Shown piece by piece: positions 50,929 through 59,889 of a stretch of 64,000 nt of DNA. The notes below the pieces were generated by a model. The model was not told the origin of the DNA, did no database searches, and was given only the letters and a program-made list of their open reading frames with translations. Source of the DNA: a virus. The stretch spans positions 92,384-156,383 of IMG/VR virus record IMGVR_UViG_3300020463_002440; one strand, written 5' to 3'. The position numbers and the translations under genes were made by a program. Numbering within the stretch: position 1 is the first letter of the stretch; the number at the start of each line of letters is the position of its first letter.

Positions 50929-50954
50929 AATATACTCTCTTTCTATTTTATTGT

Positions 50955-50983
50955 ATTATACAACAGTTCTTTAGAAATGTCAA
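50955..50983 (-). promoter_or_regulatory. Sigma70 consensus early promoter
   Basis: CTATTGACA-N17-TATAAT upstream of dut. Confidence 0.85.
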
Positions 50984-50987
50984 TAGT

Positions 50988-51392
50988 TTATTTTTTTCCG
51001 ATATTATATTTAACAGTCAGTTCCCAATCGTTCTTTTCTTTAAATGAAATGATTTTTATTTGGTTTAGAGAAGCAACTGGATCTTTAGTTTTTGAAGGAT
51101 CCACTATTTTAACAAGTTCCCATTCTTCTAATAAATTCACAATCGTATTACGACGTGATATATCTTCTTCTGTTAACGTGTTATGCTTTCCATCCAATAT
51201 AAACAATTCTTTAAAATGAAGAATGGAATACCTACCTTTCTTATGTAGGATATGACATGATTGATATAACTTCTTTTCCTTTCTTGAGGAAATTCCGATT
51301 CGTGTTAGAGTTTCTTTGATTTTGAGAAAACTATCCGGAGTAGGTAATGCTACTTCAGCACCGACTCCTTTGAAAATATCTGTGTTGTCCAT
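50988..51392 (-). CDS. regA: Translational repressor RegA
   Basis: FLKIKETLTRIGI...KLYQSCHILHKKGRY.I.HFKELF.LDG...RRNTI..LL.EW. Confidence 0.96.
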   Translation of the reverse strand: MDNTDIFKGVGAEVALPTPDSFLKIKETLTRIGISSRKEKKLYQSCHILHKKGRYSILHFKELFILDGKHNTLTEEDISRRNTIVNLLEEWELVKIVDPSKTKDPVASLNQIKIISFKEKNDWELTVKYNIGKK

Positions 51393-51451
51393 GATTTATA
51401 TTCACCTTGTAAATTATTATTAGTGGCAATGGTATATAACCATATAACATT

Positions 51452-51459
51452 TATTTATA
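51452..51459 (-). promoter_or_regulatory. Late-type promoter TATAAATA upstream of regA
   Basis: Exact match in the gp62-regA gap. Confidence 0.55.
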
Positions 51460-51470
51460 ATATACATATC

Positions 51471-51866
51471 TCAACCACCTTCTGTGAGGCGGTCATGGAC
51501 AGTTTCAAGTTGTTCTTTGTTCAATACTTTAAGATATTGTTTCGCAACTGTTCTATTACATTGATATACTTCTTGGATTGCATCAAGATCTTTATCTTTA
51601 TCAGCCTTCGGCCATTTTGAAAATCTTTTACGCTTTCTTAGGACAGAACGATAATAATCAAACTGAGCTCCACCAAATAAATCATGTCTCATATTCATTT
51701 CGTTTGCATGTAATATTGTATCTTCAAAATTAGTAAAGCCACGGTTCACGATAAACGCGTTATACATCTTTTCTGTATGTTCAGGTATATCACTATTGCG
51801 AATAAGATCCTCCTTTGAAAAGGACGCAGCATTCATAAAATCAAATGGTGTTAGGTCTTTCATCAA
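51471..51866 (-). CDS. gp62: Clamp loader small subunit gp62
   Basis: YNAFIVNRGF...DTILHANEMN...QFDYY...RKRKRFSKW. Confidence 0.92.
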   Translation of the reverse strand: MMKDLTPFDFMNAASFSKEDLIRNSDIPEHTEKMYNAFIVNRGFTNFEDTILHANEMNMRHDLFGGAQFDYYRSVLRKRKRFSKWPKADKDKDLDAIQEVYQCNRTVAKQYLKVLNKEQLETVHDRLTEGG

Positions 51867-52023
51867 GAACCTCCTGTAATTGCTTTGCTAATTCATCGAA
51901 CTCTTTACCGCACGAGTCACAAAGAATTACTTTATGTTTACCTTCGGCAGTATTCATTTCAACTGTAAATGCTTTTTTCTTTGTTGTTGTAGCATTACAA
52001 TAAAAACATCTTGTCTTTATCAT
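51841..52023 (-). CDS. Small zinc-finger protein
   Basis: CFYC...CDSC; ATG overlaps the gp44 stop. Confidence 0.65.
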   Translation of the reverse strand: MIKTRCFYCNATTTKKKAFTVEMNTAEGKHKVILCDSCGKEFDELAKQLQEVLDERPNTI

Positions 52024-52976
52024 TATGCATACTCACACTCAATCATTACTTCAGTTAAGAAAGCAACCATATTAATTTCTTGGTCAGCAACTAATCCTGA
52101 CTTATACATATAATCTGCAAGAGTTACAATAAAGCCAGCTTGACTATTAAGTGTAACCTTTTCAGATGCTGCATCGTATAGCCTACGAAACATTTCATTC
52201 ATATCTTGATCTGAATTCTTGGCAACCCATTTACGCATATCGGTAAATTGTTTTGTCTTTAGCATTTTAAATAATTCATCAATAGATTCTTCTTTTAAAT
52301 TAACAAAGATACCTTCATCAATTTTACCGCTTGCGGCATATGATTGTAATTCAGTTAATACTCTACGAAAATCAGGAAAGTGTTTTTCAATTACTTTAGC
52401 AACTACTTGCTTGTTATATTCAACACTTTCTTGCTCAAGTATTCCCATAACACGTTTGAAGAACTCCATTGCCATTTGTGGACGATCATCAGTATCAATT
52501 GTAAAGTCAACTTCGGAAAGTCGAGATCTCAATGGACTAATAATACGATTCTTGAAATTACAAGTAAAGATAAATCCACAGTTAGAAGAATATTCTTCAA
52601 TGAAGTTACGAAGAGCAGGCTGAACATTTGCTGCATTCAAATAATCTGCTTCGTCAAAAATTACATACTTACGACCTGTACCTGTTAGAGAAACAGCAGA
52701 AGCGAAAGTAGAGATGTCGTATCTGAGGGTATCAATATTAACATTAAGAGAACCATTCTTTACGATATAATCGCAACCGAGTTCTTCAAGCATTGCCTTT
52801 GCGATTGTAGTTTTACCTACACCAGGACCACCTGTTAATAATAGATTTGGAACACTTCCGTCGGATACGAACTTACGGAAGGTTTGTTTTGTCTGTTCAG
52901 GAAGAATAGTATCAGCAACAATTTGCGGACGATATTTTTCAACCCATAAGACTTCGTTTGATTTTGCATCAATCAT
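52023..52976 (-). CDS. gp44: Clamp loader ATPase gp44
   Basis: LWVEKYRP, GGPGVGKTT, IFDEAD, LRSRL, FPDFRR. Confidence 0.96.
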   Translation of the reverse strand: MIDAKSNEVLWVEKYRPQIVADTILPEQTKQTFRKFVSDGSVPNLLLTGGPGVGKTTIAKAMLEELGCDYIVKNGSLNVNIDTLRYDISTFASAVSLTGTGRKYVIFDEADYLNAANVQPALRNFIEEYSSNCGFIFTCNFKNRIISPLRSRLSEVDFTIDTDDRPQMAMEFFKRVMGILEQESVEYNKQVVAKVIEKHFPDFRRVLTELQSYAASGKIDEGIFVNLKEESIDELFKMLKTKQFTDMRKWVAKNSDQDMNEMFRRLYDAASEKVTLNSQAGFIVTLADYMYKSGLVADQEINMVAFLTEVMIECEYA

Positions 52977-53009
52977 AGATCACCATAAACATAATAAAAA
53001 TAATAAAAG

Positions 53010-53053
53010 TCGAGAATCGAACGTAGGGGGCCTTTCGGCTCCCCACTTCTCGA
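53010..53053 (-). terminator. Long hairpin with GAAA tetraloop followed by U-rich tract, upstream of gp44
   Basis: Minus strand TCGAGAA-GTGGGGAGCC-GAAA-GGCCCCCTAC-GTTCGA-TTCTCGA then CTTTTATTATTTTT. Confidence 0.6.
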
Positions 53054-53072
53054 GAATAGGTAAAGCTACTGA

Positions 53073-53357
53073 TTAACTATCAACAACTTTGTCAGCTAAA
53101 GGAGCATCTCCACCAGCCATAACATCAACACCAGTTTCAGCAACACTATTGTCTTGCTGTTGTGGAGCATTCTGTCTTAGGAATGTTTCTACTTTATTTC
53201 GTAACATTCCGACGCCGGCAAGTTCTTGCCCTTGGAACCCACCACGTTGCGCACAGATATCAATTATCTGTAGTAACGTAGAAAGGTCACCAAGGTTGAT
53301 CTCAACCTTTTGCTCTTGGCCTTGTTGGCCAAAATTACCTTGTACTGCTTCATTCAT
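53073..53357 (-). CDS. Conserved T4-like hypothetical protein
   Basis: INLGDL..L.QIIDIC..RG.F...EL..VG; ATG at 53357 preceded by AGGTGA. Confidence 0.7.
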   Translation of the reverse strand: MNEAVQGNFGQQGQEQKVEINLGDLSTLLQIIDICAQRGGFQGQELAGVGMLRNKVETFLRQNAPQQQDNSVAETGVDVMAGGDAPLADKVVDS

Positions 53358-53362
53358 ATGAA

Positions 53363-54025
53363 TCACCTTTTATTATAAGTCGACTTTGAATCAATTGCCA
53401 CATAATATGTGACGCCTTCTCCTTTAAATTCTGAGATACCTTTTGAACAAAGAGTAACCTCATAATCTAAAGGCATTAATTTCAAGTTATCGGTCTTAAT
53501 GATAATCTTGAATTCATCGTCAGTGTCGCCGATTTCAACGCCAAAGTCATCTGCGTTATCGTTAGCACTGTCGATTGCTTTCAGATAGCATTTGCCGCTT
53601 TCGCCTACAAACGCAACTTCTGAAAATTGTAATACCCCTGCTGCCTTCAATACAGAAGACAAATCTCCATTAGATACACTTACTACAACATCTGCTTCAG
53701 GAATTGTTATATCCTTCTCAGGTGGTGTATGTATCATGGATAGATCAGCATAAACGTATTTAGTCCTACGCTTACCTTCTGAGATAATAAAATATTTATC
53801 AAAGAATTCAACGTCGGGATCATTATATAGAGATAAAATTGATAAAAATCTTGATAGGTCATAAACACATGCATCTGATGGAATTACATCAGGTATGTTT
53901 GCTATCGCAATCAATGTTTTCTCTGGAGTTATTGTCTTAAGAACACTACCTTCTTTCATCAAGATTGACTTGTTGATAGCGGTAAAGCTTTTAAGAACTG
54001 TCAAGGTTTCGTTAGAAAATTTCAT
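53363..54025 (-). CDS. gp45: Sliding clamp gp45
   Basis: MKFSNETLTVLKSF..IN.SI....G; YDLSRFL; KTDNLKL...DY.V; YYVA. Confidence 0.95.
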   Translation of the reverse strand: MKFSNETLTVLKSFTAINKSILMKEGSVLKTITPEKTLIAIANIPDVIPSDACVYDLSRFLSILSLYNDPDVEFFDKYFIISEGKRRTKYVYADLSMIHTPPEKDITIPEADVVVSVSNGDLSSVLKAAGVLQFSEVAFVGESGKCYLKAIDSANDNADDFGVEIGDTDDEFKIIIKTDNLKLMPLDYEVTLCSKGISEFKGEGVTYYVAIDSKSTYNKR

Positions 54026-54060
54026 AATATATAGATTCTCCGTTTATTATATTGTGGTAT

Positions 54061-54089
54061 ATTATATACCAATTACTTGGACTTGTCAA
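54061..54089 (-). promoter_or_regulatory. Sigma70 consensus early promoter
   Basis: CTATTGACA-N17-TATAAT; the -35 box lies in the last codons of the upstream gene. Confidence 0.85.
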
Positions 54090-54942
54090 TAGGGTTATAA
54101 GCTTTCTTTTTAGATTTATCATCCGCAGTAGCCGTTACTCCTAATTGACCTAGACTTCCCATATCGCCTTTAAAGATATAAGAACCGACATGGTTAATTT
54201 TCATCCAAGGACACATCGTTACTGATAGGCCTGCTTTACGAGCCATCTTACAGAAGAAGTAATCTTCGGATAGATACCTTTTTGATTCTTCGTCTATGAC
54301 GCAATCAAAGAAGGCATGTATTTCTCGAGAGCCATCAAAATTGTCGTTACGAATATGGTCAGGTACATATGACAATTCAGGATAAGCTTCTTTATACTTT
54401 TCTAAAGCCTCTCTTGTAATTAACATAAAACCAGTTCCACCTTCGGCAACTTCAACAGGCTCCGAGAGTTTAAATTGTTTTAGTCCTTTAACAGGATTAA
54501 AGACAAAATCTGATGTAAACTTTTCAAGGTCAAAAGGATTGTCTGTACCAATACCTTGTTGTGCAGCTACTGCAACCTTTTCCCAAGCAATTGTTTTCTT
54601 TGGATATGGACCACAAACGATATCATATTTGTCTGGGTCTGAAATTTGTAATGCAAGTAATGCCAACGCATCTCTTGGATCAAATCCAATATCCGAATCA
54701 ATAAACAATAAATGAGAACAGTCCGAACGAAGAAATTCATCTACGATATAATTCCTTGCTCTTTGAACTAGACTCTCATTAAATAAAAAATAGTATTTCA
54801 TTGGAATCTTATGGGCTGAACATAACATACTTAAATCATTTGTTGATTTTGTATATATGCCTGCACACTGACCACCATACATAGGTGTACCAATGAATAG
54901 TCGTTGTTTTGCTAAATCTTCTGTTTTTACTTCAAGCTTCAT
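54073..54942 (-). CDS. GT-A fold glycosyltransferase-like protein
   Basis: IGTPMYGG, NESLVQRARN, LLFIDSDI (DxD), GTGFMLI, YLSEDYFFC. Confidence 0.75.
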   Translation of the reverse strand: MKLEVKTEDLAKQRLFIGTPMYGGQCAGIYTKSTNDLSMLCSAHKIPMKYYFLFNESLVQRARNYIVDEFLRSDCSHLLFIDSDIGFDPRDALALLALQISDPDKYDIVCGPYPKKTIAWEKVAVAAQQGIGTDNPFDLEKFTSDFVFNPVKGLKQFKLSEPVEVAEGGTGFMLITREALEKYKEAYPELSYVPDHIRNDNFDGSREIHAFFDCVIDEESKRYLSEDYFFCKMARKAGLSVTMCPWMKINHVGSYIFKGDMGSLGQLGVTATADDKSKKKAYNPIDKSK

Positions 54943-55577
54943 ACTCTTATTTGCCCCATATCATTTTCAGCTCTTACAATACTTTGTAATCTCATTACAT
55001 CTGCAAGTATATCCCATGAACTGTCGTGTGCTTTAAATACTGAATCCCATTTCTCGTCGTTTTCACAAGGAGCGAATCCATTCTTCTTTAATTCAAAATT
55101 GAACTTTGCATCAATATATGTTCTTGTATCTCTTACAGACCAATACTTAAGATGCTGTTCCATGTGTTGTAATTTGTTTTGTGATTGAAATAGTCGAGAC
55201 AATATCATAGGATCAAAAGTATTTGACCTAGACCACCAGTATTTGATAGTAGGTGCCTCAATTAAAAAATCAGTAAATTGTTTTACAAAATCTTCAACTG
55301 TCAAATCAGAACTTTTCGGAGCAATGTTTCTTTTTACTTCTTTAGGTTGCTCGTTCCAAAATGCCAATGTGTTGGAATCTATTTCCCAACCATATTTTTG
55401 TACTTGTTCTTTGATGTTTAGTTTGAACTTACGACACTTGCTTATATCAGCTAATGTGTAAGGATCGTTAGATACCATCTTGTCCCAATTGAATACCATT
55501 GCTGATATATCAATGACAGCACATTTATTTACGTCCTGTCCCATTGTTTCGAAGTCGATGATTAGATCATTTCTCAT
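54939..55577 (-). CDS. dexA: DexA-like 3'-5' exonuclease (DEDDh)
   Basis: LIIDFET, TL.FW..Q, WSR...FD, W.VRDTRT, HDS..D...D. Confidence 0.85.
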   Translation of the reverse strand: MRNDLIIDFETMGQDVNKCAVIDISAMVFNWDKMVSNDPYTLADISKCRKFKLNIKEQVQKYGWEIDSNTLAFWNEQPKEVKRNIAPKSSDLTVEDFVKQFTDFLIEAPTIKYWWSRSNTFDPMILSRLFQSQNKLQHMEQHLKYWSVRDTRTYIDAKFNFELKKNGFAPCENDEKWDSVFKAHDSSWDILADVMRLQSIVRAENDMGQIRV

Positions 55578-55600
55578 ATATTTTTCCTATTCAATGTACC

Positions 55601-55629
55601 ATTATACAACAATACGGACTGAATGTCAA
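55601..55629 (-). promoter_or_regulatory. Sigma70 consensus early promoter
   Basis: CTATTGACA-N17-TATAAT upstream of dexA. Confidence 0.85.
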
Positions 55630-55633
55630 TAGT

Positions 55634-56857
55634 TTATGCAAAGAATTCTTCAAGGTTTGGAGTTGTGTCTGTTCCGTTTGGATCATGCTCCATAAGTTGT
55701 TTTAAATTATTCTGTCTTAAATAAGTTGTTTCAGACAAATCAAGTTCTCCGTTGAGAAACTTACCAATTTCCAAATGCATATCTCTTGAAGTTGGTACAG
55801 GGCAATTCTGAGCAATATGATTCATCTTCTTTAATCCATCAAGTAACTCAAAGTCTTCTGGGAATCCCATCATATGTAATGCTTCACGAATTGTTAATGA
55901 TCTTTCTTCTTTTGGATGAATTGTATCAACCATATTACGACCAATCACTGCATTCATATATTCACCAAAGACGTGAACTGAACCATCCCATACTCCTTTA
56001 CCGTCTGCATACTTTTTAATTGCATGGTCGGAATACTTAATACCTTTTTCATGTCCTGTTTTATGAAACCATTCGTTAGCTTCTTTCATCCAACCTTTTT
56101 TGTTTACATAATTTAAAGTTGTCTTAACTCCTTCTTCAACCATTAACTCACGAATATCGCGATTTGTTTTTGTTTTAATAAAATTATAGTAAGGTTCTTC
56201 AGGTACATTCTTATTAATAATAATGTCTTGATGTAAAGCATCTGCAGGTATTTCTTGAAGATATTCGGCAAAGTCTTTTCTATCACGATTATAATAATTC
56301 ATAACAGGTGATGATTCTGATTTCCAACCAATCGCAAAACATCTGTCACGACCTTGTGGAACTCCATGAAATCTTGTTGATGTTTTAAATAGGGTTAATG
56401 AATATCCTCGTTCTTTACAAATTTCATAAAGGTTGTTTGCGACAGGTCGACCTTTGTTTGTAAATAGTGCAGGAGCGTTTTCAACAATAACTACCTTTGC
56501 TCCAAGAATATCAATACCATCTCTAAAGACCATATACATAAAATCGTTCTTTGCACATTTAGCGCCTTTTGATTCTTCACTTAATCCAGTATTTAACTGA
56601 GATAGAGCAGCACAAGGTGGAGTACCTGTTACCACATCAACCTTTTTAATTTTAGGATTATCTGAATCTAATAGGACATAAGGAATATCACGTCCTTTTG
56701 TATTTTGTTGATAATTGACATAATGCCCATCATTAGCTTCAAATCCACCATAAGAGTAGATTGCTTCAGGTGGTTTACCAAATGCCTTCTCTGCTCCTAA
56801 ACCTTGTCCACCGATAAGTGGAATCAGTGGTGCCCATGTTATTTCTTTTTTACTCAT
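55634..56857 (-). CDS. DNA cytosine-C5 methyltransferase-like protein with atypical motif I and C-terminal clamp-binding tail
   Basis: TPPCAALS (IV), VENAP (VI), GVPQGRDRCF (VIII), RSLTIRE..MGFP (IX); motif I region reads IPLIGGQGLG; ends NLEEFFA. Confidence 0.8.
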   Translation of the reverse strand: MSKKEITWAPLIPLIGGQGLGAEKAFGKPPEAIYSYGGFEANDGHYVNYQQNTKGRDIPYVLLDSDNPKIKKVDVVTGTPPCAALSQLNTGLSEESKGAKCAKNDFMYMVFRDGIDILGAKVVIVENAPALFTNKGRPVANNLYEICKERGYSLTLFKTSTRFHGVPQGRDRCFAIGWKSESSPVMNYYNRDRKDFAEYLQEIPADALHQDIIINKNVPEEPYYNFIKTKTNRDIRELMVEEGVKTTLNYVNKKGWMKEANEWFHKTGHEKGIKYSDHAIKKYADGKGVWDGSVHVFGEYMNAVIGRNMVDTIHPKEERSLTIREALHMMGFPEDFELLDGLKKMNHIAQNCPVPTSRDMHLEIGKFLNGELDLSETTYLRQNNLKQLMEHDPNGTDTTPNLEEFFA

Positions 56858-58113
56858 CCGAAAAAGTCCTCAAGTGTAGCAGCCGTTTTCTTTTCGTATT
56901 GAGATACATCAGGAGCGACATAATCTTCATCAATGGCTGTCATAATTTTATTATTCAAAAAAGTACCATCATAATATTCAGGCTTACATATTAATTTACG
57001 CAATCCTTTTATTACTTGTTGATACTCTCCTTCGTTATCTAATAACCTTTGCATTCTTTCTTTAAATTCTGCAGGTGTCTTAGGTCTTAAAAAATCTGGT
57101 ATAGGTAAATGATTTTGCTCATCATAAGATGGATGCAAGAATGGTATCACACCAGCATGTACCATTTCAATATACTTTGAAGTTACCCAACCTTTTGCGA
57201 TTGGAATAATAAAAGTAAATTTAACATTGTTCATTTTTTCCATTACATCATCAAGATGAATAGATCCTTTAAATCGTGAATCGGTTGTAGTATTATCATG
57301 ATCCCATTTGCCGTAAATCTCAACATCATCGAAATCATCGAGTACCCATTCTTTTAATAAGTTATATCTTGAAGGCTTTGCTTCATTTAATATAACCATG
57401 AATGGTACACTACGCATTATATTAAATGCTTCTTTATACGGATAGTTTACGCAAAAGCAAGTTTCCATACCTTCATAGGTTGATTTTACTTTTCTTTCGT
57501 ATCTGTGTTGATCTTCATAATCTTTAATACTACTTACTTCGTATTCGTAATCGTATTGACCTAATGATTTATTTGGTAAATGAAATATGTCTCTTGATTG
57601 ATTCATTACATATCTTGGATCATTTACAATTTCAACATAAGGTGGCTGAACTTCGTTTAACCAAATTGAAATGGGTGATGTATAATTCTTAGTCATATCA
57701 ATCACAGAAGCTGGTTTACCATCAGTGATACCTTCTTTCAAATGTTTTACTTGAGTAATCTTTCCAGGAATTGTAACTGTTCCTACTTGACCTACCATCA
57801 TTATTGTATAGTCTAACTGAAATCCTTTTTGATTAAAGTAATCTATCACATGACGATAAAAGTTGTCATCATCATTGTTTTTAATGCCTTTCCAAATATC
57901 AATTACATTGTCATACGGAAACAAATCCAATACTTCAGATTCATTTAGAGTACTGAAGTCAGAGCGACCTATAATATAAAAGGTCTTATCAGGGTTATTA
58001 TTTGCTAAAGATATTAGAACTGTAGATGGTTCGTTGTCTCCACCAATAGGAGAGAATCGAGTGCGTTTGAATTTGACCGACTTACCGATCTTTGCGAATC
58101 CAATGTTTTTCAT
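56854..58113 (-). CDS. GT-B-like glycosyltransferase, candidate DNA (hmC) transferase
   Basis: N-terminal GGD, EIYGKW and WVTSKYIE...GVIPF (GT-B nucleotide-binding half); ends TLEDFFG; near gp42. Confidence 0.65.
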   Translation of the reverse strand: MKNIGFAKIGKSVKFKRTRFSPIGGDNEPSTVLISLANNNPDKTFYIIGRSDFSTLNESEVLDLFPYDNVIDIWKGIKNNDDDNFYRHVIDYFNQKGFQLDYTIMMVGQVGTVTIPGKITQVKHLKEGITDGKPASVIDMTKNYTSPISIWLNEVQPPYVEIVNDPRYVMNQSRDIFHLPNKSLGQYDYEYEVSSIKDYEDQHRYERKVKSTYEGMETCFCVNYPYKEAFNIMRSVPFMVILNEAKPSRYNLLKEWVLDDFDDVEIYGKWDHDNTTTDSRFKGSIHLDDVMEKMNNVKFTFIIPIAKGWVTSKYIEMVHAGVIPFLHPSYDEQNHLPIPDFLRPKTPAEFKERMQRLLDNEGEYQQVIKGLRKLICKPEYYDGTFLNNKIMTAIDEDYVAPDVSQYEKKTAATLEDFFG

Positions 58114-58136
58114 AATATAAAATATCCGTGTTATTT

Positions 58137-58571
58137 TTATTTATCAGAACTGACTACACGCTGTCTAAGCTCTGTTGAACTAAAGGAATGTCTTCTTCTG
58201 TTATAATGAACAGGACAAAGACCTTTACCTGTATGTTCTTGATCTTTATATTCTTCTCCAACAATACGAATGTCAGGATTAATTGTTAATATCATATCAA
58301 CGATTTCTTGTTCAGTTGTAAAAGGTATAACCTCATCTACATATTTACAAGATGATACCTGTATGTATCTTTCAAAAGGTGTTTGTATCGGCTTGTTCTT
58401 TGCATCAGGACGATCTACGGTTGGGTCTATTAATAAACCACAAATCAAATAATCACAAAGAGTCTTTGCTTCTTGTAACATAACGATATGCCCTGCGTGA
58501 AATAAATCAAACGTAGAACATGTAAATCCGACTTTATAATCGGATGGTAGTTTCTTTCTATCTAAAAACAT
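58137..58571 (-). CDS. Cytidylyltransferase (TagD/glycerol-3-phosphate CT-like)
   Basis: STFDLFHAGH (HxGH), CDYLICGL, YVDEV, RRHSFSST. Confidence 0.88.
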   Translation of the reverse strand: MFLDRKKLPSDYKVGFTCSTFDLFHAGHIVMLQEAKTLCDYLICGLLIDPTVDRPDAKNKPIQTPFERYIQVSSCKYVDEVIPFTTEQEIVDMILTINPDIRIVGEEYKDQEHTGKGLCPVHYNRRRHSFSSTELRQRVVSSDK

Positions 58572-58581
58572 ATTTTCTCCA

Positions 58582-59613
58582 TTACATAATCTCTGCCATT
58601 ACATCGTTTACACACTGTATAATAAAATCTTTATCAGGATGATACTTATATACTCTTACAATTTCAGAAGCGACGGTTGTCCATACTTCTTTGTCATTTA
58701 AGTTGTTATATAAACATAATACCTTTAGAGATTCATTTTGTAATTCTACAGGATAACGATTAATGATTAAACTTGCTACGAATTTGGATATATCTAATTG
58801 TGTATTTCCAAACGCTGATGGGATAGGGTCAATTAAGTGCATGTTACAGTCATTAAATAACATATTCTTAACACCAAAATCTCCATGTGAAAAGGACGGT
58901 GATTGATGTGGTAATTCTACAAGACGATCAACGATATCTTCAAAAGCAGAAACACCTGTTGGTTTAACGTGTTTTACAATTCTTCCAATATAATCATCCC
59001 ATACTAAATCCACAGGAGGATTCGCAATATGCTTCATTGATTCTAATGCTTGTTGAATTAAACCAAAAGCCATATAACGATTTTGTAATAAGTAATCTTC
59101 TTGATGCTCGATGTACTCCATTGTAATTGTATCACCAACAACACGATCTATTCTTGGAGTATTAAGTAAACCTTTTGTATATTCAAACCAAGCCGCAGCT
59201 TCATGAGCATTACTTGCTGTCTTATGAACAAGTTTACCGTCAGTGTAAATATCAGAACCAGATAGACCGCCCTCTAACTCTCTTATATTGGCCTCTAAAA
59301 ATAACTCAGGTGTAATACCTTTGTCATCAATGTAATAGGCACCAAGAGGCTTATCGAAACTCAGAACTCCATATTGAACACCATTCTGTTTAAGCCAGTC
59401 TTCAATTTGTGGACGATACTTTTTATCAGCATCTTCTCGAGTTTTACAAGAAATGGATCCGCGAGCAGTAAAAATATCTACTTGCCATCCTGCGTCAAAT
59501 AATGAATTACACTTTTCTATTAACGCCGTGTTAGGCTTTGCATTTGCCCAATCACGATTTGACGTGTATGCAAGTGTATCATCAAAATCTAAAATGATTC
59601 TTTTATTATACAT
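58582..59613 (-). CDS. HAD phosphatase (EcbF-like) fused to APH/choline-kinase-like domain
   Basis: LDFDDTL, FTARG, KP..YYIDDK; C-terminal HGDFGVKNMLF and LIDP. Confidence 0.8.
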   Translation of the reverse strand: MYNKRIILDFDDTLAYTSNRDWANAKPNTALIEKCNSLFDAGWQVDIFTARGSISCKTREDADKKYRPQIEDWLKQNGVQYGVLSFDKPLGAYYIDDKGITPELFLEANIRELEGGLSGSDIYTDGKLVHKTASNAHEAAAWFEYTKGLLNTPRIDRVVGDTITMEYIEHQEDYLLQNRYMAFGLIQQALESMKHIANPPVDLVWDDYIGRIVKHVKPTGVSAFEDIVDRLVELPHQSPSFSHGDFGVKNMLFNDCNMHLIDPIPSAFGNTQLDISKFVASLIINRYPVELQNESLKVLCLYNNLNDKEVWTTVASEIVRVYKYHPDKDFIIQCVNDVMAEIM

Positions 59614-59626
59614 TGTTTCTTAAATT

Positions 59627-59833
59627 TTACTTTTTAAATAGAATTGATCTTGTTAAGCTACCAAAGGCCCAACAAAAATATGCAAACAGTGGAGCGGCAA
59701 TCATTAATTTAATAGTATCATCCATTAAACCAACAAGCTTCATAAATCCAATGAGAATTGCCATTGTGCATGCGATAGCTCCTACTGCTAGGATTCCGAA
59801 TAAAACGTCTTTTGCGATTTCTTTCAAGTTCAT
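59627..59833 (-). CDS. Small two-helix membrane protein
   Basis: Two hydrophobic segments; SD AAGGA; early promoter upstream. Confidence 0.65.
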   Translation of the reverse strand: MNLKEIAKDVLFGILAVGAIACTMAILIGFMKLVGLMDDTIKLMIAAPLFAYFCWAFGSLTRSILFKK

Positions 59834-59860
59834 AATATAGTCCTTCTAATTTTAAATACT

Positions 59861-59889
59861 ATTATAACACAGTTAGGAGTCTTTGTCAA
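59861..59889 (-). promoter_or_regulatory. Sigma70 consensus early promoter
   Basis: CTATTGACA-N17-TATAAT. Confidence 0.85.

Noticed and set aside
53010-53053. tRNA-like element (contains GTTCGA on the minus strand)
   Set aside because: No cloverleaf with D-arm, anticodon arm and acceptor stem can be built; it is a single long hairpin.
59613-59840. Plus-strand 75-aa ORF
   Set aside because: It is antisense to the minus-strand membrane protein gene that has the promoter and SD.
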